A stretch of 61,295 nucleotides of DNA, filler included, from Hausera hauseri (lineage: Eukaryota), in the NCBI GenBank assembly GCA_046269625.1. It is 13 parts of 13 records of this genome, joined end to end, with 100 filler letters (N's around TTAATTAATTAA, not from the genome) between each part and the next. Parts side by side here need not be neighbours in the genome. Positions count along the whole stretch, not along the records: positions 22,476 to 26,885 come from JBJURY010595000.1; positions 26,986 to 32,512 come from JBJURY010235851.1; positions 32,613 to 38,080 come from JBJURY010247849.1; 10 more parts are not named here. One strand, 5' to 3'. Made by a program: the position numbers and the translations under genes. Below, in pieces: positions 25,401 through 38,180 of the stretch. The notes under the pieces are model-generated. The model searched no databases. It had not been told where the DNA came from and saw nothing but the letters and a program-made list of their open reading frames with translations. Position 1 is the first letter of the stretch. Each line of letters begins with the position of its first letter.

Positions 25401-26433
25401 CATAGAATCCACACAAGGCATGAGCAGCTACCTTTTCTTCCGGAGAGCAAGAGGCTGCCGAATGGCAAGCATAAGAAGCTGCTCTGTCTTCTCGAAAACA
25501 GAGATAGGTATGTAGCCCACTATATAAATCTCCAACAGACCATTACAAATGGACTCCAAGTCATCAGCATTCATCGAGCCCTGCAGTTCAGCCAGTCAAA
25601 ATGGCTGAATCTATACATAGACCACAATATCCAGTTGAGAGCCAATGCCAAAAACGAGTTTGGAAAAAACAAGCTGTATAACAACTCGGTCTTTGGCAAA
25701 ACTATGGAGAACATACGGAACCGGATAAACATCTAGCTGGTATGTCACTGGAAGAGAGCAAAGAAACTCACCGCTAAGCCCAACTTCCACATCAGCACAA
25801 TTTACACGGAGAACCTGGTGAGCATCCATATGCTCAAGACATCACGAGTCAAACAAGCCTATATATGTGGGCATGACCATATTGCATCTATCCAAGACCT
25901 TGATGTATGACTTTCATTACAACATCATGGTCCCCGCATTCAAGGAGCTCCAGCTAATGTACATGGACACGGACAGTTTCATATACCAGATCCGTACGGA
26001 TGATGTCTTTGAAAAGTACGCAAAATTGCAGCAGTATATGGATACCTCAGACTATCCGAAGGATCATCCAAATTATTTAATTACCAACAAGAATGTCCTC
26101 AGGAAGTTTAAAGATGAGGTGAATGGGAAGATCATCATCCGTTTCGTGGCGTTGAAATCAAAAATATACGCCATCGATGTAAATGGTCAGGTAACGAAGC
26201 GGGCCGAGGGAGTTCGAAGGACCACATTAGCAAAGAAATTGGTTTTGGAGATTTTGAGAGAGTGTTGCGGGAGCAAAATCACAGCCAGCGAGATGAAAAG
26301 GATCCAGTCCCGGGAACACCAGATTGCCACAGTTGCGCTGCGAAAGAAAAGTCTTGATTGGTTCGATGACGAGAGGCACTTTCTTGAAGACGGAATCCAC
26401 ACACTACCTGATGGACATGTGGCTTTATTGTAA
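22476..26433 (+). pseudogene. Polinton protein-primed family-B DNA polymerase (copy 1) with an inserted endonuclease-VII/HNH-like domain
   Basis: SSYIPLP..KKACINVHNND..CF; VRDHCHLTGIYRGATCNNCNL; HNLSGYD; FIDSFRFM; YLDSNNLYGWVMS; KLYNNSVFGKTMENIRNR; YMDTDSF; KFKDE. AATAAA at 26461. Many stops and frameshifts. Confidence 0.93.
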
Positions 26434-26582
26434 CTATATACATATTGTTATTCTTTGTTCAATAAATGTTGTATAGAAATATAGGGTTGTCTTCTTGATA
26501 AAGAAATGTGGGATATAGGATAAGGCCAAGTAAAACTAAGTAACTACTATATAGGGTAAGACCAACAAATTTAATAACACAT

Positions 26583-26885
26583 TTATTTCGTAACAATATA
26601 ACTTTGACATAACGCTAAACACTTGTTATATGCACAATGTGAACCATGTTCACGAAAAATACATGTACTGTTCTTTGGTATAGTTACCAATTTGTTACAT
26701 TCATATGCACACATTCGCAATTCTGGAAATATGCTATTAAATATCTTCTTCTTTCGCCCATCAGCATGATTTTTGACACAGAACATTGAATCATTTATAT
26801 CACACATATTCCCAATATCTTTCATAAGGCAATCTCTGCAAAACTGGGTATTATATTCTTCCCAAGTCAGTTTTTGATGATGGTT
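26583..26885 (-). CDS. C-terminal part of a Polinton accessory DEDD-like nuclease, homologous to 52427-52892
   Basis: FCRDCLMKDI..DINDSMFCVK..FPELRM..HCAYNKCLALC aligns with FCVSCIMRDI..DIENTIFYIK..FPELRM..HCAYKKCLRLC at about 52630-52875. Confidence 0.72.
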   Translation of the reverse strand, partial: NHHQKLTWEEYNTQFCRDCLMKDIGNMCDINDSMFCVKNHADGRKKKIFNSIFPELRMCAYECNKLVTIPKNSTCIFREHGSHCAYNKCLALCQSYIVTK

Positions 26886-26985
26886 NNNNNNNNNNNNNNN
26901 NNNNNNNNNNNNNNNNNNNNNNNNNNNNNTTAATTAATTAANNNNNNNNNNNNNNNNNNNNNNNNNNNNNNNNNNNNNNNNNNNN

Positions 26986-28476
26986 TGACACTTCAAAACA
27001 AGGTCATCCCATAATAATTCTAGCACCGCCTTTACAACGACAAGCGTTTAACAGCGTACATTAACTACATCATCCTGGTGCTAAGGCAAATTTTCGCCTA
27101 CTTCACCGGCAGGTAATATGGCCGACAATGTGTTCCGATGTGCAAGCATGGGTTAAGGAGTGCGTGGCTTGCCAGAAATTTAAAATCACAAAATATTTAA
27201 TGCCACCACTATACCATTTCCCTTGCGCATTACGCTTCGAGTCCGTACATATAGATATCGTCGGTTTTCTTCCTCTTGACATCGGTCATCAATTCATTTT
27301 GACCATGATGGATCGCGCCTCACGTTGGCCAGAAGCTGTTCCTCTACGGAGCACTAACACGGACACAATAGCCGACATTTTCATCCGCACTTGGATCAGC
27401 AGATTTGGTTCTCCTAGATTTATCATTTCGGACCAAGGTCCCCAATTCGAGTCCAACCTATTCAAATCACTTGTCAATAGATTGGGAACCCGTCATATAC
27501 ACACTACGCCTTATCATCCACAATCAAACGGTCTTATTAAGAGATTCCACAGAACCCTGAAAACGTCGCTAAAAATTCTCGCTGAATCCAACGTAATTGG
27601 ACTGTTCTTCTCCCTATGGTTCTGGTCGGTTGGCGGAACACGCCATCCACTTCCACAGGATGCTCACCCACCAAAGCATTATTTGGAACACCTGCTCGCT
27701 CCTTGTTCGATTTAACAGCACTAGATAATAGGCCTACAGATGAAAAGATCAAAGCATCAAAGAACCATTTCATTGAAGTCAATAAAGACTCATTATGTAG
27801 AATACTACACAAGAATAAAACATATTTTCCTGACGACTCGTATTCTGTACAGTTCGTTTGGCTGCGTAATCAAACATCGTGTGGCTTTCAACCGCAGTAT
27901 CTCGGGCCTTATAAGCTAGTTCAACTATTTTCTCACAACGTTATAATCCTTAAAGATGGAAAAGAACTAACAGTCCATATAAATAATGTGAAACCTGCCT
28001 TTTTTGTAGATGACACCTCTCCAACTGAAACTTCGACGAATTTTTTGACTTCTAGATTTCCTTATGTTTGTACTCCTGACTCTACTCCTACTACATTTTC
28101 TCCGTTTCCTGATTCTTTTCACACATTCACTCCACCTACTATTCCTACCCCTACCACTTCTTCATTCCCCTCCCCACCTTCTTACCAACAACTACTTTTC
28201 CCTCGCCGAGTTTGTTTCAACGAGACACAACATTTAACGCGACAGATTGTAGTATCGTTTCTTCCAAAGAACCTCAATAAACGGAGACTAAAGCAAAGAG
28301 ATTGCGCAAAACTGTTACTTTCGGCAAGTACAGTAAAGTAAAACATAATGAAGGTATTCAACCTCTGGTCCATACCAAAACTGAATAATCCAATAGAAAT
28401 CATCTACTTCGTCATTTTCAGTCCTCATTTCATCTTATCTGTTTAGTCCATATTTCGCCACGGGGGCGGGGGGTGA
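26986..28476 (+). mobile_element. Gypsy family A, copy 2: integrase and PPT
   Basis: Nearly collinear with 3290-4330 (SDVQAWVKECVACQK, VHIDIVG, SDQGPQFES, QYLGPYKL). PPT gggggcgggggg at 28462-28473. Confidence 0.93.
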
Positions 28477-28606
28477 TGTCGTGCCAAACTTTACTTTGTA
28501 AATATATTGTAAATAGTATTTTATAAATAGTACTGCAATTGCCAACGAATAGACATGTTTTTGCTAGTTGTGCTCCGTTGTGTCGAAACGCCTCGTCAAC
28601 ACTACA
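28477..28606 (+). repeat. Putative 3' LTR (130 bp) of Gypsy family A
   Basis: Follows the PPT, begins TGTCGTG and ends CACTACA (near-perfect terminal inverted repeat, TG..CA), and contains TATAAATA. Confidence 0.6.
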
Positions 28607-28987
28607 GCAATCCAGAATTGTATGTTCCAGTTTAAGGTTTGATATAGTGTTCTACCGAAATAAAAGTATCCGTCAAATATTTAGCCTATCATAATTACAA
28701 TTTTACTAAAGCTTAAACCACTCGGATATGCGAATATTTATGGTTTGGACGGCTGTGAAACAATGCAGGAAATTTCAGAAGAAAGAAATTTGTACAGAAA
28801 TTACTATTGTCAATTTATTGAGGAAAATATGACTGATACCAAGCATGGGTTGTACGATCATGTTTGTGTTGCTGGTGCTTTCGCCAAATTTCACATGAAT
28901 CAATAAAATATTGACGATAGAAGTTTTGAATTTAGGAATGTTGAAAATATACAGAGTTTCATTTTAGACTTATTGGTTGTTACCAGT

Positions 28988-29810
28988 TTAATATTTTCTT
29001 AACGGATCTACCTTTGTATTTATCTTTTGTTGCCAGTTCAGTATTTTTCTTAACAAAACCACAGGTAGGATTGCCTCTCGTCCATACATCATAAAGAACG
29101 GTGTAAATCCTGTTGCTGGATGTGGAGTCGTATTTATCGCGAATTGTGTTCCTTCTAAGAATTCATCCCGTTCTTTTTGATCTTTTACCACTACTGTTGA
29201 TAGTATCCGAATGACTGTTGCATTCATCCGCTCGATCATTCCATTACATTGGGGATTATACGCGGTAGTAGTTAAACGTTTAATTTCAAATATTTTAGTC
29301 ATCTTTTTAAATAATTCGATCGTAAAATTCTTTCCTCTATCTGTTAAAATTTGTTCTGGTGGTCCGTACCTGCAGATGATTTTTCTTACTACTGCGTCGG
29401 CTAGAGTTTCTGCCTTTTGATCTAGCAGTGCCACCAATTCAACAAAGTGTGTGAGCCGATCTACGCATGTTAGGATATATCTGTTATTCTTGTGGGTTTT
29501 TGTCAACGGTCCTACTATATCCATATACATGGCTTGCATGGGCCTGTCTGGTACGTTTATAGGTTTTAATTCTGCTACGTAGCCTTCCGTTTTCTTTTGT
29601 TTTTGTCGCGCAGACTTCGCATGCTCCTATCCAATTCTTTACATCAATGTAGATACTTGGCCTGTAGTATTTATTTAATATCCTTTCTAATGTCTTCTTC
29701 CAAGACATGTCCGGCTAAATATGAATCGTGCTCGGCCATAAGTACTTCTATGCTCAATCATTTTGGAATAACTATTAGTCTTCTTCCTTCTCGTTTGTAA
29801 TACAAAATGT
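28988..29810 (-). mobile_element. Gypsy integrase fragment of a different family (HHCC zinc finger + rve core)
   Basis: HDSYLAGH..KTLERI..ACEVC; MDIVGPL..NRYILTCVDRLT; LTDRGKNF; YNPQCNGMIERMN; TGFTPFFMMYGRE. Confidence 0.9.
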
Positions 29811-30163
29811 TGGAACCCGACTGACTAGTTGGGTAATCCGGAAAGCATGAGAAAGATAAAGGGTTGTGGGTATATATTGCATATATATGTGTATGTATGT
29901 ATATAAATATATGTGTTCATATGTTCGTTGCATTGTGCATGATGGTTGTATTAAAAATTGCGTTGTTAAAGGTTAGATTGTTGAATTAGTGTGCGTAACA
30001 TAAAAACAGAGTGCAAAATAATGGATGCATGACCCCTGGAAGGGTTTGGAAAACTGTGAGAGCAAGAATAATCATGGTTCACCGAGAGTTGAAGTCCGTT
30101 AGACGGTCTTTATAAACTATTATTTTATTGAGGAAAGCCGTGCACTAGATGAGGCATGTAATT

Positions 30164-30349
30164 GCCGTTAGTTCGGATATTGAAAATCCGAATGAAGAAT
30201 ACGAATCGTCGAAATTGCGGGAATTATGACGGATAAAACGAGATCGAGAAGAAAAGGATGCTCGACCTAGAGAACAAGAAGAAATCAAACGAATACGAGA
30301 AATGACCGATACCGAACGAAATACTGAATTTAAGAACAATCAGAGATAC
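30164..30349 (+). pseudogene. MFAP1: MFAP1 (Spp381-like splicing factor) C-terminal-domain fragment with an in-frame stop
   Basis: ENPNEEYESSKLREL*RIKRDREEKDARPREQEEIKRIREMTDTER against recalled MFAP1 [46 protein letters not shown]. Confidence 0.75.
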
Positions 30350-31187
30350 GTACAAAATATAATGCCGAATGAAGAATACGAAAATACTTTTGTCAACAAA
30401 GCGAAAATAACACAATTTGAGCTTTCAAATTAGGCAGCAAACATCAATGTACTCAAATTATTCCATATAGCCACCATCTGATGAAAATAATGATGACAAT
30501 GATACAGGAAATAACTTTGACAATGAAGGCGACAAATCTGTACAAAATTCGACCGGTGAAGTGCAAAATGCCAAGTTGGAAAAGGAAACGAAACCGGATA
30601 ACGAATGTAAACTACCGAAAGTATCATCGGAATCGAAGATCAATATCAACAATATTCACAATTTCGAATTGAATTTAGACAGTAACATTTAAAAAAGGTT
30701 GTGTATAAAGTTGTGTATATTTTCATACTTCATTTATTTGAACGAAATACGATAAAACGAGTGATATTTTTTATAAATAAAATCATTAGCAATGATTATT
30801 TCCCCTTTGTCTGACAGGTAATTTTCCAGTTGTCATTTTTCGTATTCAGTTCTCATTGAACTATCGTCAGTACTAAAGACTAAACGAAGGCAATTGTTGT
30901 TTTGTAACAGCTTTAGACGATGTGGGAAAATGGCACATCAAAACTGCAAATACTCTGAACACGGTGTACATTGTTCATTGTACGAATGTTTCGTATTTTG
31001 TGAATTATTAATTTTTATGGGATACTATTGGAGATTAAATATTACTAGACCAGTTATAAATTGTATTGATGAAAAGGAAATTTAAAAATTCATAAATTAA
31101 AAATATTGTTTTAAAATAAATTTATGGACAAATGTTAAAACGAAGGCTAATAATTACAATTCTATGATCATTTATATACAAGCTTAC

Positions 31188-31402
31188 CTAACAAGTTCTT
31201 GATTATATAAACTAAGTGGGGATTGTCTAGCCACGATATAAACATGACCTTTGAACAACTTCAGTGTAACTTCTCCCGTTACAAACTTTTGTGAGTCTTC
31301 TATAGCCGTTCGCAAAAATTCACATTCTGGACTAAACCACAGCCCTTTATAAACCTGTTCTGAAAATTCAATGCACAGTCTCTGTTTAATTCGTCTCAAT
31401 TC
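31188..31402 (-). CDS. ASS1: Internal exon of argininosuccinate synthase
   Basis: ttttcag|GAATTG...GTTAG|gtaag encodes ELRRIKQRL..FSEQVYKGLWFSPECEFLR..VTGEVTLKLFKGHVYIVARQSPLSLYNQELV with an intact frame. Confidence 0.92.
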
Positions 31403-32849
31403 CTGAAAACAAAAAACATCTAAGAAAATGCATCATAAGTTTTATTTTTAAGAAATCGTTTGTTAAAAAGTGAAAAGACAGAATGGACTGGGCTCAAAGC
31501 GGAACTGTATTTTTTAATGAAAATGCAGGATTATTTCACATTTTGCGGGACAGCAGGCATGCTTGCCATTCTAGCAGAAATTAACCTGGATCCTCTTATT
31601 TGTTGTTTTCACCAAGAAGACTCAGAATCTGCAAGTTTCTGAAGACATTTTGAGTTGAGTAGCATAACTTTCCATATGTAACATGGCAACAATTCTAAAA
31701 TGATAAAGGTCACCTTCATTCCAAACTTATGTTACCACCGCCAAACCTGGACACTAAACACAACACTGTCATGACAGACTCTGCATAGTTGAGCACTTAA
31801 CTCTTCTGGAGAGGGTTCCAGAACTTTCCTTGTCTTGTTGGGTATGTAGGAGATATGCCAAGGTCATACGGCACTGCAATATCTGGTAGCTGAGCTTTCC
31901 TACTGTCCCAGTGGTGTCTTGGAGATGGACCTAGGTCCTCCAGGTTTTTAGAGCAATGCTTGGCCTCCTAGAAGTGATCCACATCTCAACTTGGGCCCAT
32001 GACGATCCTCCCAAAGTTGGCCAGAATTTCTTCTGTTTCCAGGACGCATTATGAGGAAGTGTTAAGAGGACTTGGCCAATATGTGGGTCCTAGATCCGAC
32101 TAGATCGAAGTCTCAGCATCCCATTTGACCTCTTAGAAGTGATTAACTGCTCAAATGGGAACCATCTTTTGACTCGTAGGTTTCCTTTCCGCTGGCCTTG
32201 AGTCACAACAAGGATGTGGGCTGAGGCCTTGATTGATGACGAGTCATCAGGCCTGATACCGTGTAACAGGACTGGCTATGAGATGCCTAGAAACCTCACA
32301 GCATCTCAAACTCCCGTCTGAACAAACTTAAAACATGTAACACGAGCTGCTTACATGAAGCTGCAAGCAACACATTAGACGACAAAATATCAAATGATGT
32401 GCATGTTCCCAAAGTACTAGGCAGGTCACAGAATTCTCCCTTTAGAGTCCGGTCCATTGTGAAACATATTCTCCAAAACTGTACCCAGTATGATGCACTG
32501 AGGCACACTCACNNNNNNNNNNNNNNNNNNNNNNNNNNNNNNNNNNNNNNNNNNNNTTAATTAATTAANNNNNNNNNNNNNNNNNNNNNNNNNNNNNNNN
32601 NNNNNNNNNNNNCGATCTCAGGAGAACAGAGCACTAATGGATACACACCCGCGTACGAAGATGTTGACCCTTCGACTAAACTAAACTGAACTAAAACATT
32701 CAAAACTAAAACGTGAAGAATTGTCTCCACTTGTGAGGGTAAAGACAACATCCCCACAAACTCAGACCACAACCGTCACCTCTACACATTTAAAGGCTAC
32801 CGTTCAGTCAACGATTACAGCAACACTGGATACACTAAGTAAATATAAA

Positions 32850-33155
32850 GATAACATGCTCAGGAAACAGCTGATACACACGGACGTACTGTTTATGATC
32901 ACTGAATATTTGCAGCTATTCTGTTTAGTTGAAGATGGAGGTTTTATAAGACAAGTTCATGACCTCAATCTTAGATATGAACTTCCAAGGCGATGAAATT
33001 TGACAAGAAAACGGTTGCCTCAGCTTTATGAAAAAAACAAAAGCAAAAATCAGGCCAAACCAACCTTGTGGGCGTTAAGGATGTGGCAATTACTAGAGAC
33101 ATTTGGATACCTCGAAAAACACAAGCTTATTTGACAATGACGTGTCATCTCACTG
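32850..33155 (+). mobile_element. hAT (ZBED1/Ac-like) transposase remnant
   Basis: MITEYLQLFCLVEDGGF..LNLRYELPRR and VAITRDIW..QAYLTMTCH match MIxxDLQPFSxVEDxGF..NPRYxLPSR and ALTTDxW..SYxxVTxH. Confidence 0.75.
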
Positions 33156-33559
33156 AACTGTTGTTAAATGCATGGGAGGGGGAGGAGAGAGAAGAAGACA
33201 GAAAGAAAGGGGAAGTTACCAATTAAATTGCATGTTTCGGTTCTGATAGATAGTTACCCACCCTTTACTCGGTTCAGATAATTACCTGCCCTTTATTCAG
33301 TTATCCAGATAAATCTGGTTCCTGTAAAGTGAGTACTCGGTTCTAATTGGATCTTCCAAAACTGGGTATTCGCTTGCTTTTTCGTACGGTTTTTTAAACC
33401 CTGTGTCGTTTTTGTCAGGAAAATATCATTTTTCTTGTTTACCCTTTTCTACTAAGGGCAGATAACGTCTACCACACAAGAAAACGAAGAACTGAAACAT
33501 TAAATAAATACATTGGTAACTTCCCAACTTATTTATGGCCGTACAGTTTAGACATTAAA

Positions 33560-33985
33560 CAGCAAGCTCATCGTGTGGTATGTCTTTTGCAGAACGTCGC
33601 CCACATCAGATCCCGTCTGAAAGATTCTCTGTCTCTTGTAGTTCGCCCGCCTCTGCCAAGTTCATTTTCAAATTTTCCTTGATGTCTTGTGTCCAGATTC
33701 GTCTTGGTCTTCCCTTGTCTCTTGTGCCAGAAACAATACCTTCCAATACTATTTTATTCAGGCCATCATGATGTTTAACGTGGCCAAAATATTTCAGTTT
33801 TTGAGACATGATACTGTTGAAGAGCCAGTTGTTCATGATGTTCAGTTCCTGGAGTATATGTGTTGGAAATCCCATGACTCTCATGATGTTCTGTAACTTT
33901 TTAAACTGCACACAGTCAAAAGCCTTGGTGTAATCAACGAAACAAGTGTGAAGGTCTACAATGTACTCTCTGCACTTCTCAAAGG
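33560..33985 (-). mobile_element. RTE-clade LINE remnant with an internal deletion
   Basis: EKCREY..CFVDYTKAFDCV..MGFP is joined directly to QKLKYFGHV..LEGIVSGTRDKGRPRRIWTQDIKE. Confidence 0.85.
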
Positions 33986-35739
33986 GTAAATGTTCACAGG
34001 GCAGGCAAAAGAAGCCCATTAAAGTACATTCAAAAATTCACCTTCCACAAAAACCCTGACCCATGGGAAGCTACTGCAGAAGATCAAATTGCATGGTGAA
34101 AACTCCTTCTTATTTTTAACATCACATATTAATTTTTAAATATCACATTCAAACTTCACCTGGGACATTCTCTTTAGTCTGCAGTTCTTGATCCTGTGTT
34201 TTCATTCTGGTAGTTAAGTCTTTATTTGGTGAGCTACAACCCTGAGCATAAGGCTCTTCAGACTGATCACTTGAAGAAGCCAGAGTGACAAAATTCTGTA
34301 CATTGGTATCTGCAGAATGAGTCACTGTTTCTACCTGTGTCAAGAGATTCAGAATTAATGATGCAACTGTTTGTATCAAAAGGTTTAAAATTAACGCTGA
34401 TTCTGTTTGCGTCATAGGAAATCGGAATAAACAATTGGTTGAATTTTGTTTAAACCAAAATGGTCCAGGGTCAACCCAGCTTTAAAAGTAGGTACCGGGA
34501 AAATTCAGTGCGAAAGTAAAGTCAGCTTAATGATAACTGCATAATCCAAATATGTACTACAGGTCAAGGAAAAGTGTGAACACTAACTCCACATTTGCTT
34601 ATACATCTTTAAGTTTAAATAGTTAGCTGCCTTTTTCCCTTATTAATAAGCCACAAATAACAGTAATGGTAGCAAACACTGTCGTTATAGCTGTGCCCGA
34701 ATGCTGAGCAGCAAAACATTTATCATGTACTGAGTGAACCTGAACAGTATAAATAAAAAAAAAAAAAAAAAGACTGACTGCTTTAAAACAAAGTCTTACA
34801 GAGTAAGCCCTCCAAATACCTTAGGCCAACAAGAGGAAAAAAAAACATTCTACAGTAACCGAATGTAACAGATAACTGGCTCATAAAAGATATCATGTCT
34901 CAAAAACTGACACATTTTGGCCATATTAAACAACTATGGGTCCATTAGAGAATGATAATGGAAAGTATAGGTCCTGTCAGATGTAGATGACATTGGACAT
35001 TCTTTCATCATCACCATCCTCCTGTTGATCATTGCAGATGACACTTATTACTGACATGACATCACTTATTATCGACACTATCCGATACAGTATGAATTAC
35101 AAGAGTATAACAGGTTTCAGCAAAGATTATCGCCACACTCCAGTCAGAAACAATGGGTGCTCAGATCTCCTCTTCAGAATATCCTTCAGTGCATATCCAC
35201 TGAGAACTCACTTTTGGTGTTAATTCACAATCTTCCTGGTGTCGCATATTCTTCAGGCCTTGTGGCTCTGTGCATGATGGGAAGCTGTCCCATCCCAGGC
35301 TATAATAATATGAGAACTGAAATTTCTCTGTAAAAACTGGAATATTTTAAAGAAATAAACATAAAAACTAGTATGCAAACACAGGTTGATAGAGGCAAAC
35401 ATCTGAGAAAAGCTGGCAGTAATAATGATGCCAAATGAAGGCACTGTAATCTCAATGAGGATTTCATTAACATTTTTCTTCAACTGTTGACATCTGACAG
35501 ACCTTATGGAAGAACTTCTGCCTAATTTTCCCAGACAAAAAACTGCTTATATACAGATTTCAAGAGTCTCAAAAGAACCAAGTAGGGTGGCAACAGCTGC
35601 CAAGAGATCACAGCTTACAGCTACAGGGGATCATCTACCTCCACCATCACCACACGTTTGAAGAAAGAATAAATTAATCTTTACAATAATGCAGAATAAG
35701 TAAGTCACAACAAAACTGGTAATAAAACAGTAAACTCAC

Positions 35740-35939
35740 CGACACAGAAGATGTATCATGCCCAGCTCTTGGTGATCTGTTTGTCAGTGGTTCACACACT
35801 CTATCTAGTGATTTCAACATCTTTTCTTCACCCTCAAACTGTTTCTGCAAGTAGTCTTTCGCTGTTGATAAATCAAATGATCTGATACTTGTGGTTGATG
35901 GTGACCGCTTTCTGTTTTTCTGTCTTAAGGCTTTTAGTT
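35740..35939 (-). CDS. Possible internal exon of an unidentified cellular gene
   Basis: Polypyrimidine acceptor ttttccatttttag|, a stop-free 200-bp frame (LKALRQKNRKRSPSTTSIRSFDLSTAKDYLQKQFE..), and donor |gtgagt. No family recognised. Confidence 0.4.
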
Positions 35940-38180
35940 CTAAAAATGGAAAATAAAAATGTCACCTCTTGCAAACACAAAAATATGAACTAACAATGAA
36001 AAATTATGTGATTATTAGTTCAGTCTGGAGGAGACTGATCCAAGATCATATTCTGAAAGGTGAAAGAACATGTGTTCTGAATACTGATCTGACTAGGAGC
36101 AAATTTGATGTGCTGTAAGGGTTTTTTTGGCCTGCCCTTTTACACAGCAGCAGGACTGATGACTCATGGTCAGCCAGGACCCCTGTCCACATCCATGCCA
36201 TGACTACTAGGTAACCAAAGGGAAATTTGCCTCCAAATGCGTATAGGATCACTAAGGTGCCTAGGAAAGTAGTTGATCAACTCTCTGAGGTCAAGCATTC
36301 CACTTTCACCCATCCTTCTAAATGTTCTCATGACGGCAGGAAAGTTTCATATCATTTCAAAAGTCCTGTTCAAGATTGGAACAGCCCTTTTGGAGGCTTG
36401 TCCATTACAGCTGAACAATGACATGGAGCCATCAACTGAACAAATCCATAACAACCTACTGACTCAATTCCCAGAAGAGGCAAGATATTTTGCAATGGCC
36501 TGTACAATTATGCAGTCTTTGTTCTGAAATAAAAAGGGGTGGGGGTGCGTGCACATATACATACAAACAAAAGAAAATATATAAAGAGAAGAAAACAGCA
36601 ACGGGAAAATCAGGCATAGAGTTAGAAAAACTGGCACAAGACTTACTTTATGTGAACCGGTCAGAGGCTTTTGCTCCATAGGAGGATTAAAGAAAAGTAA
36701 TGATCATGAAAGTAATAAATATTTTAAATTGCTATTTATGGAATATAGTAAGAACAGCAAAGAAAATGTTTGATGACCCTAAAACTTATCAAACAAATGC
36801 TTTCCCACAGCCTCGTGGAAAGGACTGCTATATTATTTGATTAATATAAGAGATTTCTTTTGGTTGGATGACTGATGGTGGTGGCTGTTTACTGCTGATT
36901 TAGCTGGTGCAATAAAGGGTGATGGAAGAGAATGTGTTATTTCTGGTTTAAAAACTCTGCTCACAATCAAAGCATTGCAAGGGAAGACAACTCTTATGTA
37001 ATTAAAGGAATGTTAAGCACAGCACATACAAAAATGTCCTGAATGCTTTGATGCTGGTTCCACTGGCATATAAGCACATGTTATTGTCCTTGTTCCAACA
37101 TTATGTTGATATGATGGGTTGTGGTAGCTAACTTGAACTCTGGGACTCACAACAGCAGTTCTCACCAGCCACGGGAATTACTGGTACAAGATGAAACATC
37201 ACTTTAGAAACTTAGGTACACGATGGTAATCACAGGTGCTTCAACCCATACTGCTGATTTGCATATGTTCATTATTAGCCAGATGTTTTACCTGATCTGA
37301 GGCTGCATATAATTTCAATCTCAGAGAGGCATGCTGCTTATCATGTCAAGAACAGACAATACATGAACAGACAAAAAAGGAATTACAACGTGAAGAAATG
37401 TGATTCTGAGACAGAAAAATGTAGTTAATATTCTGCACAAGGAATGAAATAAATGATGACATTCTTACATGAATTTCAAAGCATCATAAACATAGTTTGG
37501 TTTAGTGAAAAGGTCAGCATTTTTGCATACGGATATATAGCCATAAGTTCTCCATATAGCAGTACCACAAACGTGGCTCCCAATACAATGCATGTATTCC
37601 GCTGCACCGGTGACAAATCTCTTTAAGCCGTTTATAAGCAAAATTTTACACTGGTTGTTAATATTCCTCTGGCATTTTCAAGCATAGTCTCTTTCAATTT
37701 TCAACTGCTAAGAGAATGTTAACGTGTACGATCATGCATACGAACGTCCGACTCCACCACCCACCGATTAAGGGAATTAATTACTAGAAGATGCAGGAGG
37801 GGGGAAATGCATAATGCTTCTAGTGGGATTCGAACCCCGGTCATGTATATTCCAGGTGGACGCATTATCAGGAGATCACTCATCGCTAACTTCAGAAAAC
37901 AGAAAAGGAAACATTTGGTCGAAACCGGGTGCCTCGCAGAGAAATTCGAAAGAGATAAAAGAATTTACTACACCCAAGGAAGACAATAGAAGCGATATCA
38001 ATCTGGATACGATAACAGAATTTATCACTGTCTCAAGATATTACTAGAATTTATCACAGCCCCAAAATGACAAGAGAGTTNNNNNNNNNNNNNNNNNNNN
38101 NNNNNNNNNNNNNNNNNNNNNNNNTTAATTAATTAANNNNNNNNNNNNNNNNNNNNNNNNNNNNNNNNNNNNNNNNNNNN

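Noticed and set aside
28988-29810. Integrase belonging to the env-carrying Gypsy-B element
   Set aside because: It is in a different contig with no overlapping sequence to link the two.
37820-37845. tRNA gene (reverse B-box gggattcgaacccc)
   Set aside because: No cloverleaf can be formed; at most it is a tRNA-derived SINE remnant.
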